Shown piece by piece: positions 36,951 through 49,884 of a DNA stretch of 64,000 bases (position 1 is the stretch's first letter; every line of letters starts with the position of its first letter). A program made the position numbers and the translations under genes. The notes below the pieces were generated by a model. That model saw nothing but the letters and a program-made list of their open reading frames with translations. It searched no databases and was not told where the DNA came from. The stretch is from Camelus dromedarius (taxonomy: Eukaryota). Location: contig NC_087462.1 in assembly GCF_036321535.1 (NCBI RefSeq), positions 11,780,001 to 11,844,000 of the forward strand, given 5' to 3'.

Positions 36951-37614
36951 TAGGTCCAGAGAAAACTCTAATTCAAAAAGATATATGATCCCAAATGTTC
37001 ATAGCAGCACTGTTTATAACAGCTGAGACATGAAAGCAACCTAAATGTCCATTGACAGATGACTGGATAAAGAAGACGTGTTATATAAATATACAATATA
37101 TATATACACACATATATGTATATGTCTCTCTGTGTGTGTGTGTGTTTATAAAATGGAATACTACTCAGCCATAAAAAAGAATGAAGTAATGCCATTTGCA
37201 GCAATATTGGTGGATCTAGAGATTACCATACTAAGTGAAGTAAGTCAGACAGAGAAAGAAAAATACCATATGCCATATGATAGCACTCATATGTAGAATC
37301 TAAAAAAATGACACAAATGAACTTATTTACAAAACAGAAACAGACTCACAGACACACAAAACAAATTTATGGTTACCAGAGGGAAAAGGGAGGAATAAAT
37401 TAGGAGTTTGGGATTAGCAGATACAAACTACTATATATAAAATAGACAACCAGTTTCTTCTGTAGAGCTCAGGGAACTATATTCAATAGCTGTAATAACT
37501 TGTAATGAAAAAGAATATATATATATATATATATATATATGTATAACTGAATCACTGTGCTGTACACCAGGAACTGACACAACATTGTAAATCAACTATA
37601 CGTCAATTAAAAAA
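36951..37614 (+). mobile_element. Relatively young 5'-truncated L1 (cetartiodactyl/camelid type) with TSD
   Basis: ORF2 end and 3' UTR with poly(A); 16-bp TSD AAAAGCTAATGCTTTA (36935-36950) / AAAAGCTAGTGCATTA (37615-37630). Confidence 0.95.
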
Positions 37615-40600
37615 AAAAGCTAGTGCATTACAATGAAAAATATGAGATGTGGGGAGGGGTGTTAGGATTGTGAGTGTGTATGTTTTAAATTTTTCATAAC
37701 TTCTGTAATGTTTCTGTAATTACCTTTGTGGTAGAAATTTTACAACAACTTTTGTTAACAACTTACTGTTAAGATCTAAATACTTAATGCATAGTTAGCT
37801 CAGATAATCCTTTTAACAGTCTAGTGAGTTCAATACTATCATTTTATATTGCTATTTTTCAGATAAGGAAACTGAATCCCTGAGAGGTTAAATACTGGTA
37901 AGTGGCAGAACCACATATAAAGGCAGGCATTCTTTCTCCAGAGACCATGCCCTGAACTCCTCCAACAAGCTGCCTTTTGAATGGTTGAATTTCATGAAAG
38001 AGAGAGGTCCAGTGCATTAGAATTCGAAGGTTGAAGATAGGGGTGAGGGGGAAGGAGGTCGGACAGGGCAGCTAAGGAGCTGGGCAAAGACCCCTAGTTC
38101 ATTAGAGGTGGCAGAAATAGCTGCTCTGTGGCAGTCCTCTTTCTGGAGTTAACAGATCATGCTAAACTAATTCCCAGTTCTAAAATAAATGAGCGGCTTT
38201 ATATCCTTATATCCTCAGCCATAATAATCATATTCCATGCCTTGTTTCACTCAGTCTCTCATCACAAAATTACAAGGTAAATGCCTTTAATGGGTATGCT
38301 TTAGCCTCATAATTAGCAGCCTTACAGAACAAGTTATTTTTTAGGTAATCCCATTCAGAAAGGGCAACAGCTATAGTATTACAGTGGTTTGTAAATAACA
38401 GAAACAAAATGCATTGTCTAGAAGCCAGGGCACTAAATACTCAGGTCAAGCAAAATAACTCCCTGATATTACCCCCTTATCACCTCAGAAATAACCGCAT
38501 AAGTAACATTAGGTCTACTGAACATGTGACAACAACAGTAACACAAATCAGTCTGGAAAAGCAAATATCCACATACTGCATGATGGTTTCACACAGGCAA
38601 TGGATTTCGTCTCATCTGAGGAGAGCTATTTTGGCAATGTTGGCAAGGTCAGCGTTTAGTTTGTCTACAAAGAAAAGGAAAGCAATTTCTTTCATATATG
38701 TATCCAAACACTTACCCACCATTCCATTCTATCACTCATGCGCTCGCCTATCCATTCATTCATCCATCCATTCACTCATCAATCTATCCATCCATCTTCC
38801 CAGTCACCTACTGATCTAATGCATATTTGCTGAGCACCTACGCTGACTGTGTGTCATTCAGGAACTGCACATGTCCCGCTGTGGATCCTCTTTGGGTAAT
38901 TTCTCTTCTTTTGTTCCCAGTCCATTATTTTTTTCTAAGTGTGCTCTGTGGACCACCATCCCTCCTAGGGATCTTATTAAAAACATATACTCCATGTACG
39001 CTTCTACTTTACCTACTTTATTAGAGTTACTGGCAGGAATCTTTTTTTTTTTTTTTAATCTAGAGATAAACTGAATCCATTATAGTTTAAGAAACACTAG
39101 CCTGGACTGATTCTGTTTCATAAGAATTCTTCTAAAAAGAGTTCAGAGAACAGAATCAACTATAGCCATTCATTCACAAGTATTTATTAGTCTCTAGATG
39201 CAAAAGAGCTGATTGATGATCTAGAGATAAAGCAGTGTGAATGGGATACTGAGGATCTGGAAGGGACCTTTGCAGGAGCTGACCTTCCTTAGTCCGACAT
39301 CCATAGTTAAGAGTCTACATTGAGAGAGGGTAAAATCAGAGATCTCAATTCTCAGCAATCATGACTGTCCACTGACTTACATTTGATGACCATTTCTGGC
39401 CATTCAACTTTCACTTCAGAAGCCTGTAGACCTCATCCCTAATTTCACTGAACACAATCATTTTACAGATGAAAACTTTAATAGGAATAGTGGTTGTCTT
39501 TCTTAAGCATCCTCCCCTTTGGTGAGTATCTCCTTCCCCATTTCAGTGGTCTTAGGGATGCCCATCATGGTGCTCTGAGCAGCTGCTCTGCTCAGCCATC
39601 CTGCCAACACACAAGGTCGAGTATGCTACCAGCCTGACATCTCAGACGATCACGTTCCCCTGGTTCCTTGAGTTTTAATGCATGGACCAGGGAGAAATGG
39701 AGAGATCCTCCTTCCTTTTGGATAGTGAGTTAAGGCAAAAAGCTTGGGGCGACTGATGGTCACGTTTGTTGCTACGTGGGAAGAGTCAATACGAGAAAAT
39801 GTCTAATTAAAAATTTAGACTTAGATTTTGGATTAGGCTGAAAAGAGGAGGATTGAGAGATGAAGATACTGTTATAGATAAACACATGGATCCAGCAAAG
39901 CTTGAACTCTTCACCTCCCCTGAACATCAATGACTTTCTTTCTTAAGCTAGTTTGATCTATGTTTCTGTAACTTGCAACCAAAGTAGTCATGACTAAAAC
40001 ACCTACAGAACAGGAACCAGAACCAGAATCTTGGTCTTTTCTGATGTCGAGTCCATTGCTCTTTCTCCTAGGCTATGATGTCCAGTGACATCTGGTGCTT
40101 GAGAAATCACCCAGAGAAGGCAGATCAGATCGGGTAACAAAGCTGAAAATACTGTTTCTAAAGGGAAGAGGAAAAGTTAAGTGGGACAATTATAACTTGA
40201 ATGGGAAAGGGCAAAATGAAGAGAATTAGTTCTTCTTAGGAAGTGAGTACAATGAAGACAAGGCTATTTCTTTCCTAATTTTGCCAGTACTGCCCCTAAA
40301 TATTAGACTCAGCTGCCACCACTGCTGACTCCAAGCCAATGATCCTTGTCACAGAATTCACAGCTTCATTACCTAGGTATGGTAACTTAAAATAGCAGTG
40401 GTTTCACCTTTCTTTCCACCTCTACCACTGTTTTCTGCAACTGGGCCTTCCGACCTGCTTAGAATATGTTAATTTATAGAATGCAGTCATTTCCCTTATC
40501 AGCCCCTCCAGGCAGTTGGCAAGAAGTATTTTCAGCTACAGACCTTGCGATCAGCCACCCCAACCTGCTGGCTTCCTGTGCCCTGACAGATAGAGCTAAT

Positions 40601-40899
40601 TAGCACTCAGCAGCTTTTATGCATTATCTCTAGCTCCAGAACATCCCCATAAATGAGGGGCAGGCCTGTCTCTGCCCCCAAGGGATGAGAAGAAAGTCTC
40701 AGATATTTGGAGGTTAAACAACTTTCTAAAAGTTCCTCCCTCTATCTGAATTCCACTTACCCTTTAATGGTTAGCTCATGTCCCATTGTTTCTGAGCAGT
40801 CTTCCTCTTTTCTGATATTTTCTTTGTCATGAAGATTTGTATCTCATTTTCCTACCATGACATCGCCATATACAGTACAGTAAAACTGGACATAATCCT

Positions 40900-41460
40900 T
40901 ATCCATCCATCCATCCAACCAACATTTGAGTGCCTACTATATGTCAAGCACAAGTGGGGATTCATAGAACCAAACAGAAAGAGAGCTTAGTTATATACTA
41001 GTTGGGAAAGAAAGGCAATAGATGAGGAAACGAATTAGTAAGATAATTACTATCCTGATGAGAACTACTGAGTTCTTGTGGCATGTAGAATGGAGGAGGA
41101 ACTGAGTACTTGGAGAAGGCCTCTGAGGAGGCGACAGGCAAACTCAGATTAAGAGTCAGCCAAGTGGAGATGCAGGGATGGGCGTCTTCCAGGAAGAAGG
41201 AAGCAGGAAGGACAAAGGTCTTGGTGTGAAAATGAGGCCTGTGCATTTGACGAAGCTCAGTGAGGCTAGAGCACAAAGACTCAGGGAGGGGATGGCTTCC
41301 GAAGAGGTCCAGGATTCACTCCTTCTTTGAATTTTCTTCTGACTGCAGTGGAAGGTCATCGGAAGTAGAAGGTCCATGTAATGGGAAATGATTTCAGTTT
41401 TCAAAAGACCACTCTGGTTGCTAAGTGGAGAGTGGACTGTGGGGCAGGAGACAAGTGAGA
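40900..41460 (-). mobile_element. L2 LINE, antisense
   Basis: (CCAT)n tail, CAACATTTGAGTGCCTACTATATG, AAAAGACCACTCTGGTTGCT. Confidence 0.8.
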
Positions 41461-42504
41461 TAGCAGGGGAGAAGCATCACCGTTGTTCCAGGGCTTAGTG
41501 TGTGCCTGGCTCTCCCCTTAGGTGCCCAGTGCTCCACTTGCATTCCTCCCCGGTCCCTTTAGAGCCCAAAGAGACACTGGCTATTTTCGTATTTTATAAA
41601 AGAAGGACCAGTAGGGAATTTCCCCAGTATCATAAATATTAAGTAGCTGAGCTGGGACTCAACATCCAAATCCCTCCAAAGCCTTTGTTCCTAAATGCTT
41701 TATTTATTGCATCATGCTGTGTCATAAACCCTGGACCTCGATAAACCTAATGATTGATGTTCTGATTAATTTTAAGAAGTGCCATATATAGTAACTTTAA
41801 TTTTCTGGAAGCACTCACTTGTGAGCACTCTTGGGGTGGCGTGGAGCAGGGAGGCACTTAACGGGTGAGTGGTTCTTCAGCCAGAAATATGCAGTAACTC
41901 TGGTGGAATGTCTCCCCAGAGGCTGAGCATAAAAAACCATGATTCTCCGAGGAACTGTGAGTCAGGAGCAATTTTTTCTGATATACAGAAGTAAGAATGT
42001 GAAGAGAACTCTTACATTTTTCAAATATTACTGCTGTTTTGAGAGAATTTATATACTATGGAAATATTGGCAAATTGGGAATTTTTGAATATCTGCAGAT
42101 ATACTCTTCTGAATGTCAAGGGTCTGTAGTGTATCTATAAATAAAACTTTGGGAAAACCCATTACTAGGCCCTTTCAGTCAGGCTGCCAGGCTTTGCTCC
42201 GTGTAACTCACATCTTTACATGGTATATATATATATTCCCCCTGTGTATGGTCCTCTTTTGTTGATTATTTAATTATTTTCAATAATATAGTAACACCTT
42301 TAGACTCACCACCCATTATGAACGCTATGAGGTGTTGACAATAGTCTTTATCTATTTATATGGCTTCCTCCAACCACCCTGTCCCCTACCTCTATCCTTC
42401 CCAATTCAAGGTAACTCTTACCATAAATTCCAAGTTTACCCTCCTCTTTTTTTTCTTTTTCTGTTTGAAGTTTCACAACCCAATGTTTTTTTCTTTTTTT
42501 TTAA

Positions 42505-42890
42505 ACATTTTAAATTGTGGTAAAAAAAATAAGATAAAATGTACCATCTTAACCATTGTTAAGTCTATGGTTCAGTAGTGTTAAGTATAGTCACACTGTT
42601 GTAAAATGATCTCCAGAATTATTTTGTCTTGCAAAACTGAAATTATACCCATCTGACATTAACATTCCATTTCGCCCCAACCCACCCAGTCGACCCCCAT
42701 TCTACTTTCTGTTTCTAGGATTCTAACTGTTTAGATACTCATACAGGTGGAATCATACAGTGTTTGTCTCTCAGTGACTAGTTGATTTCACTTAGCATAA
42801 TGTTTTCAAGATTTATCCATGTTACAGCATGTGATAGAACTTTTTTCTTTTAAGACTGAATAATATTCTATATATATATATATATGTATC
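42505..42890 (-). mobile_element. L1MA/L1MB 3' end, antisense
   Basis: TAAATTGTGGTAAAA...TACCATCTTAACCATT...TTCAGTAGTGTTAAGTATA...TTTCACTTAGCATAATGTTTTCAAG. Confidence 0.9.
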
Positions 42891-43022
42891 ACATCACTTA
42901 AAGGTATACTTTATTTTGGCAAGAGCACTTTGACTGCTGTTGGAGCTTGGAGGGAGATGAAACAGTCCATAGGAGGCTATGATGCCCAATTGCACCAGTG
43001 GGATTAGTTCTTGCAGTCTAGG

Positions 43023-43673
43023 TGAGACAGGAGGTGGAGGGGGAGGGCACAGCCGTTCAAAGAATGACACAGCAATTAACACAAAAATGGTGGAAGATTC
43101 AGCTCCCAATAGACCTTGAAGCCCAAGTTGGTGGGAGATTTGACTTCCAGTAGACCTGGAGCTTCCTTATATGCTCATTGTAATCTATTAATACAGTGAA
43201 TGACACTCCCACAGGCGTCATGACAGTTCCAAGGATAACCATAAAAGGTCAAAAAGTGGGAGGTGGCCCAATTCCTGGGAATCCCAGCTCCTTCCTCAAA
43301 AATAGTTGGAATAATCCTCCACTTGTCAGCATATGAAACTACTGAACCCAGAAAAACTAGCAACACTGCACCTCATGGTGGCCGCTCTCCCTTCGGAGTG
43401 AGACGGACCACACCCCGTCTATGGAATGTGTATGTACTTTTACAGCACCAGCCCCCACACCTCACAGCCTTTCTCTTGCCTTCTGAAACAGCCTGCACTC
43501 TATGGAGTATGTATCTCTCTAAATAAATCTACTTTTAACTCAACTATGGCTTGCTCTTGAATTCCTTCCTGCATGAAGCCAAGGACCGATACATGGCAGG
43601 GCACATCCCAGGGACTCAGCCGAGATCTGGGACATGACCATCTTCTCACCCCACACTCATTTTTTCTGTATCA
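43023..43673 (+). mobile_element. MER41-like ERV1 solo LTR
   Basis: TG...CA termini; GACACTCCCACAGGCGTCATGACAGTT (43202-43228) and GAATAATCCTCCACTTGTCAGCATAT resemble MER41 consensus; AATAAA 43522-43527; no PBS. Confidence 0.8.
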
Positions 43674-45399
43674 CAAGCATTCCCCCATGAAAAGCCAATG
43701 AACCAGAGTTCCCAAGCTAGTGTACATGCACATGCTGGGACATGAAGCTTGGTGCCTGGGAATTATCCTCTTTTTGGTGGATCTGCCATGATTCATGGAA
43801 ATCTACTCATTTCTCACTGTGTGAGATTGGATCATCTACATTAGCTGAGATCATAGAGTTCTAAAGGCTGGCAGTGGGCAGGAAGACCCCCACACTTCCT
43901 CAAATGACGAAAGCATTTTCTCCCATTTTTTTTCCCAACAGAAAAAAAAAAAATCCTTAAATTGAATATGAAACACAGAAATGAGAATTTCTAATAGTGT
44001 CTTCCTTTCTTTCTCATTAATTCACGCATGACCTCTTTCTGGAACACTTGTGAATAAACAGAAATTTAATGGGGTCAGAAAGGATTAAGATGGAGCTGTT
44101 ACAGACCAAAACACTGGGGGAAGGGAGGAGGGGAAAGGCAGGAGGGAGAGAGAATTATGTGAGGCCAGAAAAGGAGTCAGTCAATGAGATGCAGAAGGAA
44201 GTTTGCAGGGGGGAACATTTACTGGGACACAGAGCATTACACAAGCTACCAAAACAAGTAGAAGCGGAGGGAGGGCACAGAAAGGGGAGTGGCCAGAGGC
44301 GGGAGTTGGCCCAACGAAATGGCGCCAAGTCCCAGGGAGACTGCTGAGGGCTTCCAACCTGCAGATCCATCTGTCTCCTAGGATTCTAGGGCAAACCTCA
44401 TTAGTGTGAGGAGAATCCCGCGGCTCCATCCCTACCCCTGGGACCTCGGATTCCCATCTGGCAAGCTAACGGAACAAGTCTGCCACGGGTTTGCATTCTC
44501 TCACACATCCTTTTTCTGATAAGAAAAATGTACTTTTTTTTCACTATTTATTAGGTCTTCTTGGTTATGCCATGCTGTTCTTCTAGCTTTAGGAGTCACA
44601 CTAACTTGATTTTAAGCTGATTACTGAAGAAGTCTAATAACTTAACTCTTTGTGTAATTGAACTCTGAGAAACAAATCCTTGTTCTTAAGTCATCCTACC
44701 TGGCAGGTGGTCAAAGACGTCCACCAGACTTCCAAACCGTGGTACCTTGGATGCAGGCCAGATGCTGCAGGGCTGGGGTCACTCAGAAGGCCAAAGAGTC
44801 ACATGCTTGATGAGATGTTTGATTCCCTCCTGGAAAGAAAGGGGAAACGTTAGGCGGCTACTGCAAATCCAGAGATCTACATTTCTAGAGGTGAAAAATG
44901 TTATCCACAGCAGCCACAAAGAAAGTGAACATACAAGTGAAATTTACTCAGGAAACATCCACGCACATCACCAGGGCTTACTTGGGGGTAGTTAAAGGCT
45001 CTCACAGGTGAGCCATCCTCTGCCAAAGCTATAAATTCATTCTTAATGGGTATTTGAGGGCTTGGCACTCTCTTTGTATCTACTTAATTCTTTGATTTAT
45101 TCAACAAATCTGCATCAACTGCTCCCTCCATGCCAGGTTGCAGGAAGTATTGGGGCTATAGTCAGTCATGTAAAAGACAAACTTTTTTTTTTCCTGCCCT
45201 TGTGGAGCTTACAATTTCGTATGAGAACTGAGGTTGCATGATGGGAGGGAAATTGTCAAGTGCCTTTTCAGAAGATAGAGAGAAACTCTTCCTCTCTGGG
45301 ATAGTTGGCCGACATTGCTCCAGATTCCTCCCTGTCCTCTATTCACTTGGGAGTGGAACAAGGGAAAAGAGAGGGGATGGGACCCCCAAAACCTGCCTT

Positions 45400-45780
45400 C
45401 TCTACTTTGTTGTGTGACCTTGAGCATGTCATGGAACCTTTCTGAGACTCCGTCTCCCTCGTCTGTAAAATCCAACCTGCCGTATTTACTTTCCTCGCCA
45501 ATCTTCTGTGAAGTAGAATAAAATCAAGTAGGGGAAGCACTTTGTAAAGTGTCACACAGTGCAAGTGTTCTTTTTAGCCCCCTTTCCCTTAGGCTTTGGT
45601 GTCAAGCCATAGGGTGGTCAAACTCCCCCTCTACACATCCAGTTGTGTGGCCTTGGGTGTTTTCATGGGACTTTCTGAGGCCCTGTTTCCTAGTATGTAA
45701 AGCGGATATTGTAGCATTTATCACATATGGTTGCAAGAATTTAAGAAAAGCTAACAACGTGAGGTTCTCTGCCAGGCAGC
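45400..45780 (+). mobile_element. Two MIR-family SINE fragments
   Basis: TGTGTGACCTTGAGCATG...TCTGTAAAAT and TGTGTGGCCTTGGG...CTGTTTCCTAGTATGTAAAG. Confidence 0.7.
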
Positions 45781-45949
45781 AAGTGTGCTCTTACTTTAAT
45801 GTCTCCCTGCTTTCTCCTTGTTTTGCCTTCTCTCTCTCCCTCCTTCACTTTACCTCTAAGGACCACTAAGGAAGCAAGATCAAGGTTATTGTGGGTTAAA
45901 GGGAGAACTGTAAAGGGTTCGTTTTCCCCCTTAATAACGATTGTTTTTT

Positions 45950-46500
45950 TTTTCCTATATGATCCAACAATCCCACTCCTGGGCATATGTGCAGAGGGAA
46001 CCTTAGTTCAAAGNNNNNNNNNNNNNNNNNNNNNNNNNNNNNNNNNNNNNNNNNNNNNNNNNNNNNNNNNNNNNNNNNNNNNNNNNNNNNNNNNNNNNNN
46101 NNNNNNNNNNNNNNNNNNNNNNNNNNNNNNNNNNNNNNNNNNNNNNNNNNNNNNNNNNNNNNNNNNNNNNNNNNNNNNNNNNNNNNNNNNNNNNNNNNNN
46201 NNNNNNNNNGAAGTAAGCCAGAAAGAGAAAGAAAAATACCATATGATATCATTTATAGATGGAATCTAAAAAAAAAAAAGCACAAATGAACTTATTTGCA
46301 AAACAGAAACAGATTCTCAGACATAGAGAACAAACTTGTAGTTACCATGGTAGGAGGGGATAAATTGGGAGTTAGAGATTTGCAAATACTGATATATAAA
46401 AAATAGATAAACAACAAGTTCATGCTGAATAGCGCAGGGAAATATATTCAATATCTTGCAGTAACCTATGGTGAAAAAGAATATGAAAACGAATATATGC
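45950..46500 (+). mobile_element. Young L1 3' region spanning an assembly gap, lacking its terminal tail
   Basis: ATATGATCCAACAATCCCACTCCTGGGCATAT before the gap and GAAGTAAGCCAGAAAGAGAAAGAAAAATACC after; stops at GAATATATGC with no poly(A). Confidence 0.9.
46014..46209. other. Assembly gap (196 N)
   Basis: Direct reading. Confidence 0.99.
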
Positions 46501-47499
46501 TTTCTTGTTCATCTCTATTGTCCTGGTTGGGAATAGCAGCCCTCTGATCTGATCTACAGATAACCAGTTTGTTAATATAATTGTAATATAATTATGTGAC
46601 TAATTATACTATAATTGATAATATGATCATCTGAGAGTCCTTTGGCAGCCAGGTATTGACAGATCATTTTATCTTTTTATTTTATCCGGGTAATTTTTCT
46701 GCTTTGGTGTTATTCTGTCCATTTTACATATGAAAACATCAAGTTCAGAGCCATGTTCACAGTTAAGATGTAGTGCAATCAGGTTACAAGCCAGGCCTGT
46801 GCTATTTCTTTTATACTCAGCAACTCCCTACTCTCCTGTAAGTTTCAACCTTCTGATTGAGGAAGTGTTAAATGGATCACTGACTCCTTTTTGGAGCCCA
46901 AGATCATCCTTTTGAATGGGTGCAAATTTGTTACTTATGTTTCTAGTCTCAAAATTACCCTTCTTTTTTTTTAATTAAAATAAGAAAAAAGCCATTTCTT
47001 GATTCTAATAGTCTGTCTTGACCAGTGAAACCTAAGAGCCTTGCTTCATTCTTACATTTTTATTCATATTACTCTTATCATTCCATAATGGCTCCATATT
47101 TCTTCTAGTGTAGGAATAAAGAATAGCATAGAACTCTCTTCTCTACCTTGACTGACGTGTTGTGACAATAAATATAAATAGCTTGAATTTATTTCATGTG
47201 CCCATGTGCCTATTTCAGCAAACATGTTTGAATACTGTTGTCACCTCTCTATGGGGCAGGAAAAGCCAGGATAAAAATGTGATCTTGACTTTGGCACTTC
47301 CAGCATGTAGACGCTGCATATTTTCTACACCACCGTGGACCTTCTTGAGGGAGAAGCATGTTTACAGGAAAGTGGCACAGCATCCCTTCTCATAACCTTC
47401 AGGCAAAAATGATGCTTCCTTCTCTGTCCGTCTCTTGCTTCAGATAAATCACAGTTTTCTGGAAAACTAAAGAAGGCAGGCACAGTCTCAGCTTTGGAA

Positions 47500-47800
47500 G
47501 GGGAGCAGCATTAATTGGGTTGTTGGGGAGCGGATGCTGAGATGTAATTAGGACTACAAGAGGTTTACTGCGGGAGAAAGATGAAAGGAGAGGAAGCAGC
47601 GTTGAAGAAAGGTTTCTGACCACAGTGTAGACAGGGAGAAAGTCCTGGCAACCCAGTGGAGGATCTCCGGAACAAAGATTTTCCACTAGGGAAGTCCTGA
47701 GCTGGACAGAAATGTCCGGGCCCCAGTGCCCTACCACGCTCAGTCTCTGTCTGGAGGTGCCCAGGAAAACTGTGACTTCAGCTTGAAAGCTGAAGCAGGT
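47500..47800 (-). mobile_element. LTR33-like ERVL LTR fragment
   Basis: GCGGATGCTGAGATG...GAGGAAGCAG...GGCAACCCAGTGGAGGATCTC resemble antisense LTR33-type consensus. Confidence 0.55.
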
Positions 47801-48089
47801 TCTGAAGGTGTTAACAGCTGGAAGCTGTCAGCTTAGCACAATCGAAAGTCAAGTTTTTTCTTGAAAGGAGATTCAAGTGGTGTGGCTCTGGGGCTCCTCC
47901 AGTAGCCCATGAGAGCTCTTCTAATTCCATTTTCACCTGTTACTGTTCAGCCCTAAAATCTCCTAAAGAATTCTTCAGCATCCTGCAGCCTCTTCTAATA
48001 CTTTTTAATACTTCATTGCATCTTTTAAAGTTGTTTTAGGGAAAACAAAATACATCCTTATTGTTTCATGATCTGCTTAGAGATAAACT

Positions 48090-49160
48090 AGTACCTTTTC
48101 ACACAAATTTAAGAATCTGGCAGTAGTATACACCTCTATACACTCAATCCTTTGTGTTATCGCTGTTATATATATTTTATCTCTGTGTGTTATAAACCCC
48201 ACAAAACAACATTAAATTTTCCTTTAAGCAGTTATATAACTGACAAAGAAATTAAGAGGAAAAATAAAAAAGAGTAAAATGCTTTAAAAATTTATTCAGA
48301 TGTATATTATTTACAATGTGCTTAAGTGTTATTTGAGGATGTGAATTTCCATCTGGTATCATTTCTTTTAGTCTGTAGATTTCCCTTAAAGACTTTAACT
48401 GGTAGAGAATTCTCTTAGTTTTCTTTAGGATGAATTGGTCTTGATTTTTTAAGGTTTTTTTTTTCCCTCTGAATTTTCTACTTCAGGATTAAAAAAAAAT
48501 TCTAATTTACAGAATCTGGCATGATTTTTCTATTTCTTTCAGCACTTTAAAAGAGTTGTTCCACTCTCTTCTGGCCTCCATGGTTTCTGACGGGAAATCA
48601 TTCATGGGATCACTATTTCCCGTTGGTAATGTGTATTTTCCCTGGCTACTCTCAAGATCTGCTTTTCATCTCTGGTGTTTAATAGGTTGATTGTAGCTTT
48701 TAATAGTTTGACAGTATGAGCTTCTTCATGTTTGTTTCTGCTTTGTGTTTGTTAACCATCTTGTATCTGCAAATTTCTTCAATCACATATGGGGAATTTG
48801 GAGCCATTATTTTAAAATATTTTTGCTGTCATATAATTTTTTCTTTCTTCCCCTTTCAGGATTCCAGTTGTCCAATATGTAAGACCATTTGTTATTATTA
48901 TTTTTCCTATTGAAGTCTAGTCAGTTTACAATCTTGTGTCAGTTTCTAGTGTACAGCATAATGTTTCATTCATCCATATACATATATTCGTTTTCATATT
49001 CTTTTTCATTATAGGCATTTGTTATTTTTTAACAGGTCCTCAGAGCTCTGTCCATTTAATTTTATTTTCCTTTCTCTAATTTTCTTACTTTTATTTTTTT
49101 CTCTCTTCTTCAAATTAGATAACTTCTACCGATCTACCTTCACTTCTGTCATTTCCAGGT
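48090..49160 (-). mobile_element. Old L1M ORF1/inter-ORF region, antisense
   Basis: CACTTTAAAAGAGTTGTTCCACTCTCTTCTGGCCTCCATGGTTTCTGA, ACAGGTCCTCAGAGCTCTG. Confidence 0.75.
48897..49015 (-). mobile_element. Very short young L1 3' end inserted into the old L1
   Basis: TTGAAGTCTAGTCAGTTTACAATCTTGTGTCAGTTTCTAGTGTACAGCAT; TSD CATTTGTTATT at 48886-48896 and 49016-49026. Confidence 0.9.
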
Positions 49161-49785
49161 ATTTTGTCTTTAGTCAAGCTGTTCTGGGTCTGGCCATCCG
49201 TGTGTGGTCCAGGGACTAATCAGAGATGTGGGTAGAAAGAATTGCAGGATTCCCCACCCCACCTTTTTTTCCTTCCAGGATTTCCTAATTTATCTCAGTA
49301 GCTGCAGTTCCCCTTGCCGGAAAAAAAAGTGCATTTAAAAAAAAATCCAAGTGCACTCTTGCCACCTCACCTGAGCCATACCAACTGCACTTAGTCCTAG
49401 ACCAAAGGCTGGGAAAACAGAACTTACTTCGTTCAGCCCTACTCCTCCCCTGCCCCAACAGAGTACTCCCACCACCATGCCTTCTTCTGCCCAATCCCCA
49501 GGGCCTCAGGCAGTTGCTCTTTCTATTATGTCCAGGTTTTGTAACTAGTTCCCTCCAGCACTCCTTGGTCTGCAGATACATCACTCTCTGCCTGCCTGTA
49601 TACAGACTCTCTTTTTAATTCTAACTCTGGTGAAGAAATGGCTCTAAATCTAAATGGATGAGAACTTACAGTCTAAAAACTGTGAAAAATGCAGGAAGAC
49701 TAAGGAATCTGTAAGTATTCCTAAATGTTCTTCTGCATTTACTTCTATTTTTGTTAATCTGATCATAGCCTCCTGTCACGTGGAG

Positions 49786-49786
<1 letters not shown>

Positions 49787-49814
<28 letters not shown>
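49787..49814. repeat. (CA)14 microsatellite
   Basis: Direct reading. Confidence 0.9.
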
Positions 49815-49816
<2 letters not shown>

Positions 49817-49884
49817 TACATGTATAAACATATACCAGCAAAGACTTACAAAGAAGCAAAAATGTATCAGGCAAATCTGTGAGT

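Noticed and set aside
38409-38819. 136-aa ORF
   Set aside because: No recognisable protein; its end is translated (CCAT/TCAT)n L2 tail (SIHSSIHS).
44320-44340. tRNA-Lys primer-binding-site-like TGGCGCC
   Set aside because: Match stops after 7 nt and no LTR ends directly upstream.
44697-44707. U1 snRNA 5' end match TACCTGGCAGG
   Set aside because: Only 11 nt; the downstream sequence does not follow U1.
45799-46289. ORFs containing X runs
   Set aside because: Artefacts of translating through the N gap.
48897-49015. Idea that this L1 tip is the displaced tail of the L1 ending at 46500
   Set aside because: It has its own TSD and endonuclease site and overlaps the other copy's sequence, so it is an independent insertion.
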